Source of the DNA: Candidatus Bathyarchaeota archaeon
Lineage (GTDB): Archaea > Thermoproteota > Bathyarchaeia > Bathyarchaeales > Bathycorpusculaceae
Length of the DNA: 64,000 bases
Direction of reading: 5' to 3'
Assembly (NCBI GenBank): GCA_963780185.1
Contig: CAWABA010000009.1
Span: 96,001-160,000, forward strand
Shown: in pieces, positions 9,421-19,228 of the stretch
Position numbering within the stretch: the stretch's first letter is position 1
Layout of the letters: every line of letters begins with the position of its first letter
Program-made: the position numbers and the translations under genes
Notes under the pieces: generated by a model
The model's database searches: none
Seen by the model: only the letters and a program-made list of their open reading frames with translations
Told to the model about the DNA's origin: nothing

Positions 9421-9717
9421 ATGAAGTTTTTGGTTATTCAGAAGGTTAAACACCAGGTTCCTATCGAGAAATGGGCGAAGCTGCTTCCGTTACAGTTCAA
9501 ATACTTTGATAAGTTGGAAAAAGAAAAGACGCTTGAAGTGTACTATCACCTTATCGGCCAACAGGGCAGCATGTGCGTGATCAACGTTGACTCGGATGAG
9601 AAGCTTTCAAAAATCATAGGTCAAGACCCAATGTTTTTTGAAAGCGAACGCGAAATCTACCCGCTTACAACAAGGCAAACGCATGAGAAACAAATAAGAG
9701 AGCTTCTGCAGCCATAA
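9421..9717 (+). CDS. muconolactone isomerase/DUF3303-like small protein
   Basis: MKFLV N-terminus, G...INVDS.E.L, DP...EIYPL pattern. Confidence 0.6.
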   Translation: MKFLVIQKVKHQVPIEKWAKLLPLQFKYFDKLEKEKTLEVYYHLIGQQGSMCVINVDSDEKLSKIIGQDPMFFESEREIYPLTTRQTHEKQIRELLQP

Positions 9718-9735
9718 CAAGTAAGGTATCGAGTT

Positions 9736-10296
9736 ATGTCTTGTCACGGAGGTTTCAGCCTAGATGAAGCAACGAGGCGCACATGGTACAACCCAGAGGC
9801 TATACTGCAAGATTTAGGTCCAGGCATGGTTTTTGTGGATGTGGGCTGCGGCGACGGCTTCTTCAGCATTTTGGCAGCCAAGAAGGTAGGTCCAAAAGGC
9901 AAAGTTTACGCCGTAGACTCAGACGCTTCAGCCATTGCAAAACTCAACCGCAAAGCCCAAGCAGAAGGGCTAAAAAACATTAGCAGCAGAGTCGGCTCGG
10001 CTGAGGAAACATTTTTCTGCGTCGGCTGCGCTGATTTTGTTTTCTTCAGCATGGTGCTTCATGACTTCGCTGACCCAGCTAGGGTGCTGCAGAACGCCCG
10101 AAAAATGATTAAACCAAATGGGACACTGTTTGATTTAGACTGGAAAAAACAGGAGACGCCTTTTGGTCCGCCCTTCCAAATCAGGTTCAGCGAAACATAC
10201 GCTTCAAGCCTAATCCATGCTGCAGGCTTCCGAGTTAACGGCGTCAGAGCAGTTGGAAACTACCATTACGTTCTAACAGCTGAGCCCGTGCTTTAA
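9736..10296 (+). CDS. class I SAM-dependent methyltransferase
   Basis: VDVGCGDG, VLHD. Confidence 0.9.
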   Translation: MSCHGGFSLDEATRRTWYNPEAILQDLGPGMVFVDVGCGDGFFSILAAKKVGPKGKVYAVDSDASAIAKLNRKAQAEGLKNISSRVGSAEETFFCVGCADFVFFSMVLHDFADPARVLQNARKMIKPNGTLFDLDWKKQETPFGPPFQIRFSETYASSLIHAAGFRVNGVRAVGNYHYVLTAEPVL

Positions 10297-10299
10297 GAA

Positions 10300-10905
10300 T
10301 CAACTTTTTTCTGCGGCGGCGTAAAGCTCGAGGAGGTCCTGTTTGAAGAGTTCAGGCTGGTTTAGGTATGCTGAATGCGACGCATCCTTGTAAACTAAGA
10401 GTTTACCTTTAGGCAGTTTGCCAGCTAAGGTTCTCATCTCTTCCCCTGAAACAACATTGTCCTGTGAACCCCAAATTATCCTGACGGGAAACCTGAATTT
10501 TGGGTAAGATGCAACCAAATCTTCTATGAGTGCGTGTGCGGGTGAAACCAGAAGTAGCCCTTTTACGGGAAACTTTGAGGCGTACATCAAAGCTATGTAG
10601 CCGCCTAAGCTGGCGCCAACCAACACAGGCACAGCGGAGCCGAAAACGCCCTGAATTGCCTCCGACAAAACCTGGACGTTTGTCTCTGGGTTTCTGTTTT
10701 TCGGTTGGCAACTGCTTTTTAACCCGTAAGGCATGTCCAAAGCCAAAAAAGGCATATGTTTTTCAGCCAGCAGGTTCGTTGCGCCGATGCGTTGCCAAAC
10801 GTTGGCTGTGTAGGATAAGCCGTGTAGGAAAACAACTGGGACGCCGGGTACGTTATGAATTATTGCTTGGCAGTTGTGTCCAGCCAGGGTTAATGTTTTT
10901 TCCAT
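10300..10905 (-). CDS. alpha/beta hydrolase
   Basis: FLHG, GASLGG, WGSQD, SHSAY. Confidence 0.9.
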   Translation of the reverse strand: MEKTLTLAGHNCQAIIHNVPGVPVVFLHGLSYTANVWQRIGATNLLAEKHMPFLALDMPYGLKSSCQPKNRNPETNVQVLSEAIQGVFGSAVPVLVGASLGGYIALMYASKFPVKGLLLVSPAHALIEDLVASYPKFRFPVRIIWGSQDNVVSGEEMRTLAGKLPKGKLLVYKDASHSAYLNQPELFKQDLLELYAAAEKS

Positions 10906-11001
10906 AAACGAAAGTATGTTTGGTTTCTTATACGTTTGACTCCCCCGTTTGGGTCGCGAAAAGAATAATAGTCTTCAGAGTATCTTTTTGTCGGTGACAT
11001 T

Positions 11002-11478
11002 TTGACGGTTAAAGTTGGCGATAAAGCGCCTGATTTCACTTTGCCTTCACAGATAGGTGATAACGTGACGCTTTCAGAGTACATAGGCAAAAAGAACATT
11101 GTGTTGTATTTTTACCCGAAAGACGAAACCGCTGGTTGCACCGCAGAGGCTTGCAGTTTTCGGGACAGTTATGATGAGTTGGCAAGCTTGGGCGCTGAGG
11201 TTTTGGGGGTAAGCGGGCAAAGTGTTGCGTCGCACAAATCCTTTGCAACACATTACGGTTTGCCTTTTATCTTGCTCAGCGACGAGGATAACAAGGTACG
11301 CAAGCTTTACGATGTCCCATCCACCATGGGTCTCATCCCGGGAAGGGTCACCTACATAATTGACAAGAAAGGCGTGGTTAGGCACATTTTTAATTCCCAG
11401 ACTCAAACCCGACAGCACGTCGAGGAAGCCAAGGCGACGCTGAAAGAACTCGAAAAAGAACAGCAAGCCACTGGCTAG
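11002..11478 (+). CDS. bcp: peroxiredoxin, BCP/PrxQ type
   Basis: FYPKDETAGCTAEACSFRD. Confidence 0.92.
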   Translation: MTVKVGDKAPDFTLPSQIGDNVTLSEYIGKKNIVLYFYPKDETAGCTAEACSFRDSYDELASLGAEVLGVSGQSVASHKSFATHYGLPFILLSDEDNKVRKLYDVPSTMGLIPGRVTYIIDKKGVVRHIFNSQTQTRQHVEEAKATLKELEKEQQATG

Positions 11479-11486
11479 CGTAGGAC

Positions 11487-12728
11487 GTGCGCATGCTCAA
11501 TTTATATAATTCTCTTACGCGGAAAATTGAGGCTTTTCAGCCTGCAGAGGACATGCAGGTTAAGATGTACACTTGCGGTCCATCGACCTACCAGAGGGCT
11601 CACATCGGGAACTACCGCACCTTCCTCTTCGAAGACATACTGCAGCGTTACCTCGAGTACCTCGGCTACAAAGTCAAGCGGCTCATGACCTTAACCGATT
11701 TGGAAGACAAAGCCATCGCTCAAGCAAAAAAAGAAAACCTCACAGTCGAGGAAGTAACCGCAAAAAACGAAGCCGTCTTCTTCCAAGACTTCAAACTCCT
11801 AAAAATCAAAACACCCGACTACCCCGTGAGAGCTTCATCAGCCGTCGACCAAGCAGCAAAACTAATCGCCGAACTCACCGAAAAAAACTGCGTGTACTGG
11901 CACACGTATAAGGGCGCAGAAAACGCTTATTTTGACCCCCTCAAATTCGAGGGCTTCGGAAAACTAGCCCATTTGGATATGCGTAAATGGCCGAAGAAGA
12001 GGCGCCATTTCCACAAGGACACTTATCCGGGCACGCCTTGGAACATGGGTGACTTCATCGTTTGGGACGGCTGCAAAACGGGCGGTGTCTGTTATAGGAC
12101 GTCGATTGGCAGCGGCAGACCAGCATGGAACATTCAAGACGCCGCCATCGTAACCAAACATTTAGGTTTCACGGTGGACGTTGCCTGCGGAGGAATCGAC
12201 AACTTGGTACGCCACCACGACTACACCCTTGCCATCGCCGAAGCCGTCAGCGGCAAACAGTTTAGCCGATACTGGCTTCATGGAGCCCACCTGTTTGTCA
12301 ACGGCAAAAAAATGTCCAAAAGCGTCGGCAACGTCATCTACACAGACGACGTCACAAAAAAGGGCTTCACAGGAGAGCAACTCAGATTCTTCCTCATCTA
12401 TGCCCCATACAGGGAAAAACTAAACTTCACCTATGAAAAACTGGCTGAAACCAGTCGGAAACTTGGCTCCTTCAGAGACATGGTTGGGGCGGTGCAGAGG
12501 CGGCGGGAGAGCGATTCAAGTCGGGAAACAGCAGCGCTTATCGACAGTATAGTTCCCAGTTTCGAAAACGCTGTGAACAACGATTTAGGAGTAAAAGCTG
12601 CCTTCGATAGCATCTACGAAACACTCCGCAAGCTGTATGACAGCAAGGAGCAGCTAAGCGGAAAAGACTCCGAGAAACTTTTGGGTGCGCTGCGCCGGGT
12701 TGACTCTGTGTTTCAATGCCTGCTCTAA
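11487..12728 (+). CDS. cysteinyl-tRNA synthetase paralogue (catalytic and DALR domains only)
   Basis: YTCGP, HIGN, KMSKS present; WHIEC reads WNIQD; no anticodon-binding domain. Confidence 0.85.
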   Translation: MRMLNLYNSLTRKIEAFQPAEDMQVKMYTCGPSTYQRAHIGNYRTFLFEDILQRYLEYLGYKVKRLMTLTDLEDKAIAQAKKENLTVEEVTAKNEAVFFQDFKLLKIKTPDYPVRASSAVDQAAKLIAELTEKNCVYWHTYKGAENAYFDPLKFEGFGKLAHLDMRKWPKKRRHFHKDTYPGTPWNMGDFIVWDGCKTGGVCYRTSIGSGRPAWNIQDAAIVTKHLGFTVDVACGGIDNLVRHHDYTLAIAEAVSGKQFSRYWLHGAHLFVNGKKMSKSVGNVIYTDDVTKKGFTGEQLRFFLIYAPYREKLNFTYEKLAETSRKLGSFRDMVGAVQRRRESDSSRETAALIDSIVPSFENAVNNDLGVKAAFDSIYETLRKLYDSKEQLSGKDSEKLLGALRRVDSVFQCLL

Positions 12729-12735
12729 CTTTGGT

Positions 12736-12984
12736 TTAAACTAAGTCGCCGACAAGTTTGACTCTTGCCAAGTTTTCTTCCCTGTGCGGAGCCGCTTCTA
12801 GTTCCCCGGTCAAATCCTTCCCAGCCTGATGCATTCCCAAGTGGTCTCCGTCGCTCCAAAGGCCGCTCTGCGAAACATCGTAAACTTTTCCTTTGTACGC
12901 AAGGTAGGCTGGTTTGCCGTTTTTCCCGTTGCTCTCTTCTAGTTCTTGTTTGGTTACTTTTCTTGTTTCAGCCACAAAAATCAC
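12736..12984 (-). CDS. cytochrome b5-like heme/steroid-binding protein
   Basis: GKVYDVS, HxAGKDLT, APH. Confidence 0.88.
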   Translation of the reverse strand: MIFVAETRKVTKQELEESNGKNGKPAYLAYKGKVYDVSQSGLWSDGDHLGMHQAGKDLTGELEAAPHREENLARVKLVGDLV

Positions 12985-13039
12985 TTCTTACGACTTGAAA
13001 TTGAAAACAACCATTTTAATAATGTTTACGGACTAGCCC

Positions 13040-13471
13040 TCAAAATGGTGACGGCGGCAAACGGTTACTTGGCTGCACCAAAGACATCAAAGCCGCGGAG
13101 AAACCCGCTTTGCCAAAAAGGTCGGTGGCTGGAACTTTGATTTGCCCTTTTCCCTCTAAAACCCCAAAACTGAAGGTGTTAAACTGTGAGTTGTTCGAAC
13201 CGTTTGCATGGTTCGTGTTAATTAGGTTAAAGGCTCCGAAAACCAAGATGCTGACAATCACAATCAATACGACAACTGCAATTGCGATTAAGACGATTTC
13301 GAGGTTTGAAAGCAGCTTTTTCGAGGCGGGTTTCACTGAAGGCAACAAAGGAACATATGTACCCACTGGAGCAAACGTCGCTGTTTGAGCTCCGCATCTG
13401 TGGCAGAAACGTGCGTTTTCCCAAAGTTGAGCGCCGCATCTTCGACAATAAGGCACTATTTGAAACCTCAA
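13040..13471 (-). CDS. zinc-ribbon membrane protein
   Basis: CRRCG..FCHRCG followed by one TM. Confidence 0.75.
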   Translation of the reverse strand: MRFQIVPYCRRCGAQLWENARFCHRCGAQTATFAPVGTYVPLLPSVKPASKKLLSNLEIVLIAIAVVVLIVIVSILVFGAFNLINTNHANGSNNSQFNTFSFGVLEGKGQIKVPATDLFGKAGFSAALMSLVQPSNRLPPSPF

Positions 13472-13615
13472 CCATTGGTAGGGCTTGAAAAATTTAAGTC
13501 TTGTTCAGTTCGGCGGAAAATCGGATGTTGCAAAATTATAAATACAACTTTAGGCGAAGCGGGAAGCAGTCAAGAACCCTAAATGCTGTGAATGTTTGCA
13601 TGCTTGATTCACCTT

Positions 13616-14161
13616 TTAGGTTTTATCCTTTTTAGAGCCTTCATCTATACTTTTCTTGAAGAGGGCTTTATCGATGGTTCTTGCGTCCAAATTGTGTTTT
13701 GCCGCGGTTTTTCTGAGCGCAGCAAGGAATTTGATGTAGTTTTGAGGTGTGAAAAGACCCGGGGGCGGATTGCCAAGCAGACCTTTCCAGACTCTTAACT
13801 CAAAAACGCCGTATTGGCGGGGGTCAAAAAAAGTTAAAATTATGCTTGCAATAACGGGGCTGACGCCTTCTAAGGTTGTTAGGCAGCTAATTTTGTAGTT
13901 GTCGTCGCCTTGCGGCAGGTTGAAGGCTTGGCTGGATATGCGGCTGACTTTTTCTTCGGTGTTCCTAGCGACCAGTTCTTTGAGGTGGTCCAGCTTTTCG
14001 GGCTCTTCTTTGAACCTCCACTCGACAACTTGAGTCAGGTCGGCGACTGTTAGAACTTTTTGTTTTCGAAATTTGGCGCCTAACTCTCGTTCCCGCTGGG
14101 CTAGCCACCCATAAGATTTGTCGTATTTTCGGCTCCAAGTAAGGTATTCAGGCTTATCCAT
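13616..14161 (-). CDS. HhH DNA-glycosylase-like hypothetical protein
   Basis: LEGVSPVIASIIL..DP..YGVFE.RV resembles the HhH-GPD core. Confidence 0.55.
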   Translation of the reverse strand: MDKPEYLTWSRKYDKSYGWLAQRERELGAKFRKQKVLTVADLTQVVEWRFKEEPEKLDHLKELVARNTEEKVSRISSQAFNLPQGDDNYKISCLTTLEGVSPVIASIILTFFDPRQYGVFELRVWKGLLGNPPPGLFTPQNYIKFLAALRKTAAKHNLDARTIDKALFKKSIDEGSKKDKT

Positions 14162-14248
14162 AAAGTTCAGCTTTCATACCTAAGGTAACCGACACATTTC
14201 TGTATTTCCTAACTAAAACTAAAAAATATAATGTAAAATAAAGAAGGG

Positions 14249-14374
14249 TTAGTTTTGGTCTACCAGATGCGCTGTTCCATCTGGGCAGTATACTTTCTCG
14301 TCTTTGTTTACGCGCCTGTAGCGTTCACTGCACATATGCAGCATCTCGCAACCGTCGCAATCTCTACTCAGCAT
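14249..14374 (-). CDS. 41-aa Cys/His-rich microprotein (not in ORF track)
   Basis: MLSRDCDGCEMLHMCSERYRRVNKDEKVYCPDGTAHLVDQN; GGAGG upstream and CTTATAAG TATA box. Confidence 0.7.
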   Translation of the reverse strand: MLSRDCDGCEMLHMCSERYRRVNKDEKVYCPDGTAHLVDQN

Positions 14375-14434
14375 TTTTTCGCCTCCGTTGGGACTTTTCA
14401 ACATGTTGCCGTTCGCTTATAAGACTATGTAACA

Positions 14435-14452
14435 TGTATGTATATACATACA
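14435..14452. promoter_or_regulatory. perfect 18-bp palindrome TGTATGTATATACATACA
   Basis: self-complementary; 11 bp upstream of the microprotein TATA box. Confidence 0.5.
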
Positions 14453-14958
14453 AGAGCCTAGTCGCGGCGTTTATTTCGCAGGGAACATGTTTTGTAAGCA
14501 ATGCAATCCTCCGAGCAGGAGAAGGCTTTGTTGGTTTGGCAATCCAAAATAATCGTTTTGTACAAGCTTAAGCCCCCTCGCCTGAGATAGCTCTTGTTTG
14601 GGGTTGCACGCGCGAGCTTTCAGGTGCCGTTAACTTGAATTGCAAGGTGGACACGCTTGAACTTGACGATTTTAGGCTTGCTAAATCCAACATGCCGTTT
14701 CATCCCGTTTTTGGTTTTGCTCTGAAACCAGATAGACTGCCTGCGGATATAAACCGATTTGAGAAACGTTCATAATAATTGTGAAAACTTGCGCAAACGT
14801 CTAACACTATCTCCATAATACGTGCAGACAGGTTATTTTTATAGAAATAACTGCAATTTTGAATAGAACTTGGCGCCTGTGGGGGTATCCGTATTTATTG
14901 GCAATCATGATTGCCGCTTAACAAGGCTTATAGTTACTTTTGTAGAGAAATCCGAGGC

Positions 14959-17640
14959 ATGGCAAAAGCGCAGGCGAAGCAGGAAGAGGTTTTGCCCCAA
15001 GTTACTGTTCTGCCTCAAATAGACGTCGATTTAGTTTGCGGCGGCAAGGAAAAAGAGGAAAAAACATTACGCATCCTCCACGTCGACGATGACGTTTCCT
15101 TCTCAGGAGTTTCCAAAAACATTCTATCACTGCTGAGCAATTTTCAAGTTGACACCGCCGAATCAGTTGAAGAAGCACTGAGAAAAATGGGTTCCAATTC
15201 ATACGACGCCGTTGTGTCTGACTACGAAATGCCCAACAAAAACGGGTTAGAGTTTCTGACCGAGCTCAGAGCCCAAAAAATAGATGTTCCCTTCTTACTT
15301 TTAACTGGAAAAGGGAGAGAAGAAATCGCCATTGAAGCATTAAACCTCGGCGCCGACGGCTACGTGAGCAAACACGGAAACCCTGAGACAGTTTACGGCG
15401 AACTCGCCCACTACGTTCGACAGGCCGTTGAGAGAAAACAGGCGAAAACCGCTCTAAACCACAGCGAAAAACAATTAGAAGCTATAATCATGTATGCTCC
15501 GATGGGAATTTCCGTGTCATATCCACCCAACGGATTTCTTGACAATGCAAATGAGGCATTTTGCAAAATACTCGGCTATAGCAGAGATGAGTTGCGAAAA
15601 TTAACTTTCAAGGACGTCACTTATCCTGAAGACCTACCTGAAAGTTTGGCGAAAATGGCCGAGCTTCGAACTGGAAAAATTCCAGCGTTCAGATTAGAAA
15701 AAAGATACCTGAGAAAAGACGGCGGCATAATTTATGGAAGAGTCAACGTAAGCACTGTTCGAGATGCGCACAGCGCGAAACCTCTTTTCATGGTTCAACT
15801 TGAGGACATCACCGAACGCAAGAAAGCTGAGTTTGCCCTCAAAGAAAGCGAGGAAAAATACAAGACACTGTTTGAACAAGCTGGCGATTACATCTTAATC
15901 TTTGAAGTTCAACCAACAGGCGTTCCCACAATCTACGACGCTAACGAAGCCGCATTGCAAACCCATGGCTACTCCAGACAAGAAGTCATTGGCAAACCTA
16001 TCACTTTTATAGATAAAGAGGACAACGGCAAACGAGTGATGAAAGAACTAAATAGGCTTCATAATGGTGAAAAATTTGCATTCTCAACAAAACATCAATG
16101 CAAAGATGGCTCAAAAATTGATGTTGATGTTTCAATCAAGAAAATAAAAATTGGCTCGAAGTATTTTTTTGTGTCAGTTGAACGTGACATTACCGAACGC
16201 AAGAAAATGGAAGATACCTTCAGGCAGGACCGGGAAATGCTTGAGGCAATTACGGAGAACCTTGGCGTAGGCTTTGGTATTATCAGCAAAGACTATCGTG
16301 TGATGTGGGTCAACAGGTTCATAAAAAATAACGTGGGCAACGTAGAGGGAAAGCAGTGCTATTCGTCGCTTAACACCTTAGACCACATTTGCCCAGATTG
16401 TGGAGTAAGAAAAGTCTTCGAAGAGGGCGTAGAGAAGGACTCTCATGAATATACCCAAATTGGCATTGATGGCAAACCATATTATGTCGAACTTATTGCC
16501 ACCCCGCTTAAGGATAAAGATGGAAACGTAACGGCGGCGTTGGAATTTGTCGTAGACATAGCAGAGAAAAAACAACGAGAAAAAGACCTTCGCGAAAACA
16601 GAGAAGAATTCAAAGCCCTATTCAATTCCATCCCTCAAGCCGTAGCCTATTCTGACGAAAACTACTGCATCATTAGCATTAATCCAAAATTTACCGAAAC
16701 TTTCGGGTTTACGCCAGACGAAGTCTACGGCAAGAACTTAACAGACCTTCTTGTTCCTGAAAACCTAAAACAGGAAATGAACGCCTACCTCGAAAAAAGC
16801 AGCACCCACGAAATAAGTTTCCAAACAAAAAGAAAACGTAAAGACGGTTCCACGCTGCAAGTTTTCATCTCTTTAGCGTCAGTCACCGTCGGCGAGAAAC
16901 GGATAGGAACCGTGACAGTTTACACGGATATGACGGACCATGTTGCTTCAGAAGCAAAGATCGAAGCGGCATTAAAACAATCAGAAATTTTAAACGAAAA
17001 ACTCAGCGTAATCGGAAGCTTCACTCGGCACGACGTCCGAAACAAACTCATGACCATAGAGGGAAACGCTTACTTAGCCAAGAAACAGGCATGCAACAAC
17101 GAGCAAACAAATCATTACCTTGACCAGATACGCTTAGCGACTACTAGCATAAGCCGAATCCTAGATTTCGCCAAAAACTACGAATCACTAGGAAGCGAAC
17201 GACGCACCCAGATAGATGTTGGAAAAGCAATAACCCAAGCGGCATCACTTTTCAGCGGGCTCAAAGGCGCCCAACTTATTAACGAATGCGAAGGCTTCAG
17301 TATTTTAGCTGACTCGATGCTGACAACCGTGTTCCATAACTTAATCGACAACTCGCTCAAATACGGCAAAAACCTGACAAAAATAAGAATCTACCATGAG
17401 CAAGAAGAAGACGGCTCCAAAAGCATCATCTACGAAGATGACGGAGGCGGCATAAGTGAAGAAGACAAGACGCATTTGTTTAAGAAAGGTTTCGGGCAGG
17501 GCACGGGTGTTGGTCTTTACCTGATTAAAAGAACCTGCGACATTTACGGGTGGACAGTTAAAGAAACAGGTGACTTCGGCAAAGGCGTAAAATTACTATT
17601 CAGCATACCCCCAAACAATAACTCCAAAGAGAGGAAGTAA
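14959..17640 (+). CDS. REC-4xPAS sensor histidine kinase
   Basis: HVDDD/DYEMP receiver, four PAS repeats, RHDVRN H-box, N/G boxes. Confidence 0.93.
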   Translation: MAKAQAKQEEVLPQVTVLPQIDVDLVCGGKEKEEKTLRILHVDDDVSFSGVSKNILSLLSNFQVDTAESVEEALRKMGSNSYDAVVSDYEMPNKNGLEFLTELRAQKIDVPFLLLTGKGREEIAIEALNLGADGYVSKHGNPETVYGELAHYVRQAVERKQAKTALNHSEKQLEAIIMYAPMGISVSYPPNGFLDNANEAFCKILGYSRDELRKLTFKDVTYPEDLPESLAKMAELRTGKIPAFRLEKRYLRKDGGIIYGRVNVSTVRDAHSAKPLFMVQLEDITERKKAEFALKESEEKYKTLFEQAGDYILIFEVQPTGVPTIYDANEAALQTHGYSRQEVIGKPITFIDKEDNGKRVMKELNRLHNGEKFAFSTKHQCKDGSKIDVDVSIKKIKIGSKYFFVSVERDITERKKMEDTFRQDREMLEAITENLGVGFGIISKDYRVMWVNRFIKNNVGNVEGKQCYSSLNTLDHICPDCGVRKVFEEGVEKDSHEYTQIGIDGKPYYVELIATPLKDKDGNVTAALEFVVDIAEKKQREKDLRENREEFKALFNSIPQAVAYSDENYCIISINPKFTETFGFTPDEVYGKNLTDLLVPENLKQEMNAYLEKSSTHEISFQTKRKRKDGSTLQVFISLASVTVGEKRIGTVTVYTDMTDHVASEAKIEAALKQSEILNEKLSVIGSFTRHDVRNKLMTIEGNAYLAKKQACNNEQTNHYLDQIRLATTSISRILDFAKNYESLGSERRTQIDVGKAITQAASLFSGLKGAQLINECEGFSILADSMLTTVFHNLIDNSLKYGKNLTKIRIYHEQEEDGSKSIIYEDDGGGISEEDKTHLFKKGFGQGTGVGLYLIKRTCDIYGWTVKETGDFGKGVKLLFSIPPNNNSKERK

Positions 17641-17656
17641 GCGCCTAAATCCTGAA

Positions 17657-17707
17657 ATGATGATCTGGCACACGTGAAAAAGTAAGTCTTTTTTTAGACG
17701 TGGCTGA
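17657..17707 (+). ncRNA. candidate C/D box sRNA
   Basis: ATGATGA at 17657 and CTGA at 17704 spanning 51 nt; internal C'/D' weak. Confidence 0.25.
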
Positions 17708-18021
17708 CAACGCGGATGATTCTAAGAAAACCCAGTTTTTCGACTCTATTTGGCTCATCTAGCTGCGCCTATTTGGCTCCTATAGAAAACCGTAGGGGTA
17801 GCCGGTACGAAAAAAGAAAACCCGACGGGAGAGGGTCTAGTATTTGTGACCAGAAGCCATCACAAAAATGACGTATTTCGGCTCACAAAAACCCCAGTCC
17901 GCATATCAGTCCATATATCGATATGAAAAGTGGGTAATCAGGGGTGGGCTGGGTGAAAAGCCAAGAGCTAAATACATACAGGCCCCTAATTTGGGAACCA
18001 TAGTGAGGGAGCAGTTGCGCT

Positions 18022-19228
18022 GTGAAGCCGTTTAGTTTTGTTCATGCTTCAGACCTGCATTTGGGTTATGCACAGTACGGGTTAGAGGCGAGAAGGCAAG
18101 ACTTCGACAACGCATTCAGGGAGCTGGTGGATAAAACCATCGAGTTAAAAGTCGATTTCATGATCATCGCAGGCGACCTTTTCCATCAAGCAAGACCCTC
18201 AAACGTCACCTTGGAAAATACGATTCGCAGCTTCAAACGCCTCAAAGACGCAGCAATCCCGGTTTTAACAGTCGACGGCTCCCATGACTCAGCACCCAAC
18301 ACCGTCACAGGCACAATCCTCTACCCGCTGGACAGCGCCGGCTTAATCCATCATCTCCCAAGACACAGCGGCGCATGCTGGCGAAAAAAAGACTGCTGCT
18401 ACGTGTACGGCATCCCCAACTTTCACAACAAACACAAGACTGAAGAGGCGCTTCCGAAATTCATGGCGGAAAACCCAATTGCACCCGAAGGAGGCGTCTG
18501 CAACATCTTTGTTTTCCATGGCGCCCTAGACCTCCCCGCCGTCAAGCCGCCATACATCGAAGCGGAGCTTTCGCCTGACCAATTGCCCAGTGACTTCAAC
18601 TACTACGCAGCGGGACATGTCCATGAGCAATTCATCCAGAAATTCAAAGGCGGTATCCTGGCTTACAGCGGCTGCACAGAAACCGCTGATTACCGCGAAG
18701 CCAAATACCCCAAAGGCTTCATACATGTTAAAGTAAACGAGAAATGCGAAGTAGACCCTCAGCCCATCGAGCTCACGTCAAGCCGCAGATTCATCATTTT
18801 AGAGCAAGAGTACAATGGTTGGGCATCCTCCAAAATCACGGAGTCAATGGCTCAGCAGGTAAAGGAAAACGACGCTGAAGGAGCCATCATAATCCCTGTT
18901 TTGAAAGGAACACTCCCAGTTGAAGCAAGCCGATCAGAAATCGACACAGGCAAAATCCGAAACGCAGGCGAAAAAGCCCTGCTTGTCCACCCGCTCGTGC
19001 TGCTGAAGGAAACCGCGATTTCAGACGAGGTGGCACGGTCAATTTTTGAAAGCGAATTCAAAGATTTGAGAACCAAAGCGTACGATTATTTTCTTGGAGA
19101 TTTTCTCGCAGCGTTACAGCCGCGAAGAAGCTGAAAAAATCGCTCATTCCGCCCTCAACCTTATCGAGCCGCTGAGCCGAAAACAGGAAGACAAAGTTAA
19201 ACAGGCAATTGAGGAGCTGGTAAAATGA
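18022..19228 (+). CDS. mre11: Mre11 nuclease (frameshift near 19095)
   Basis: DLHLG, GDLFH, GSHD, GHVH; shifted tail ends at a TGA overlapping the rad50 ATG. Confidence 0.9.
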
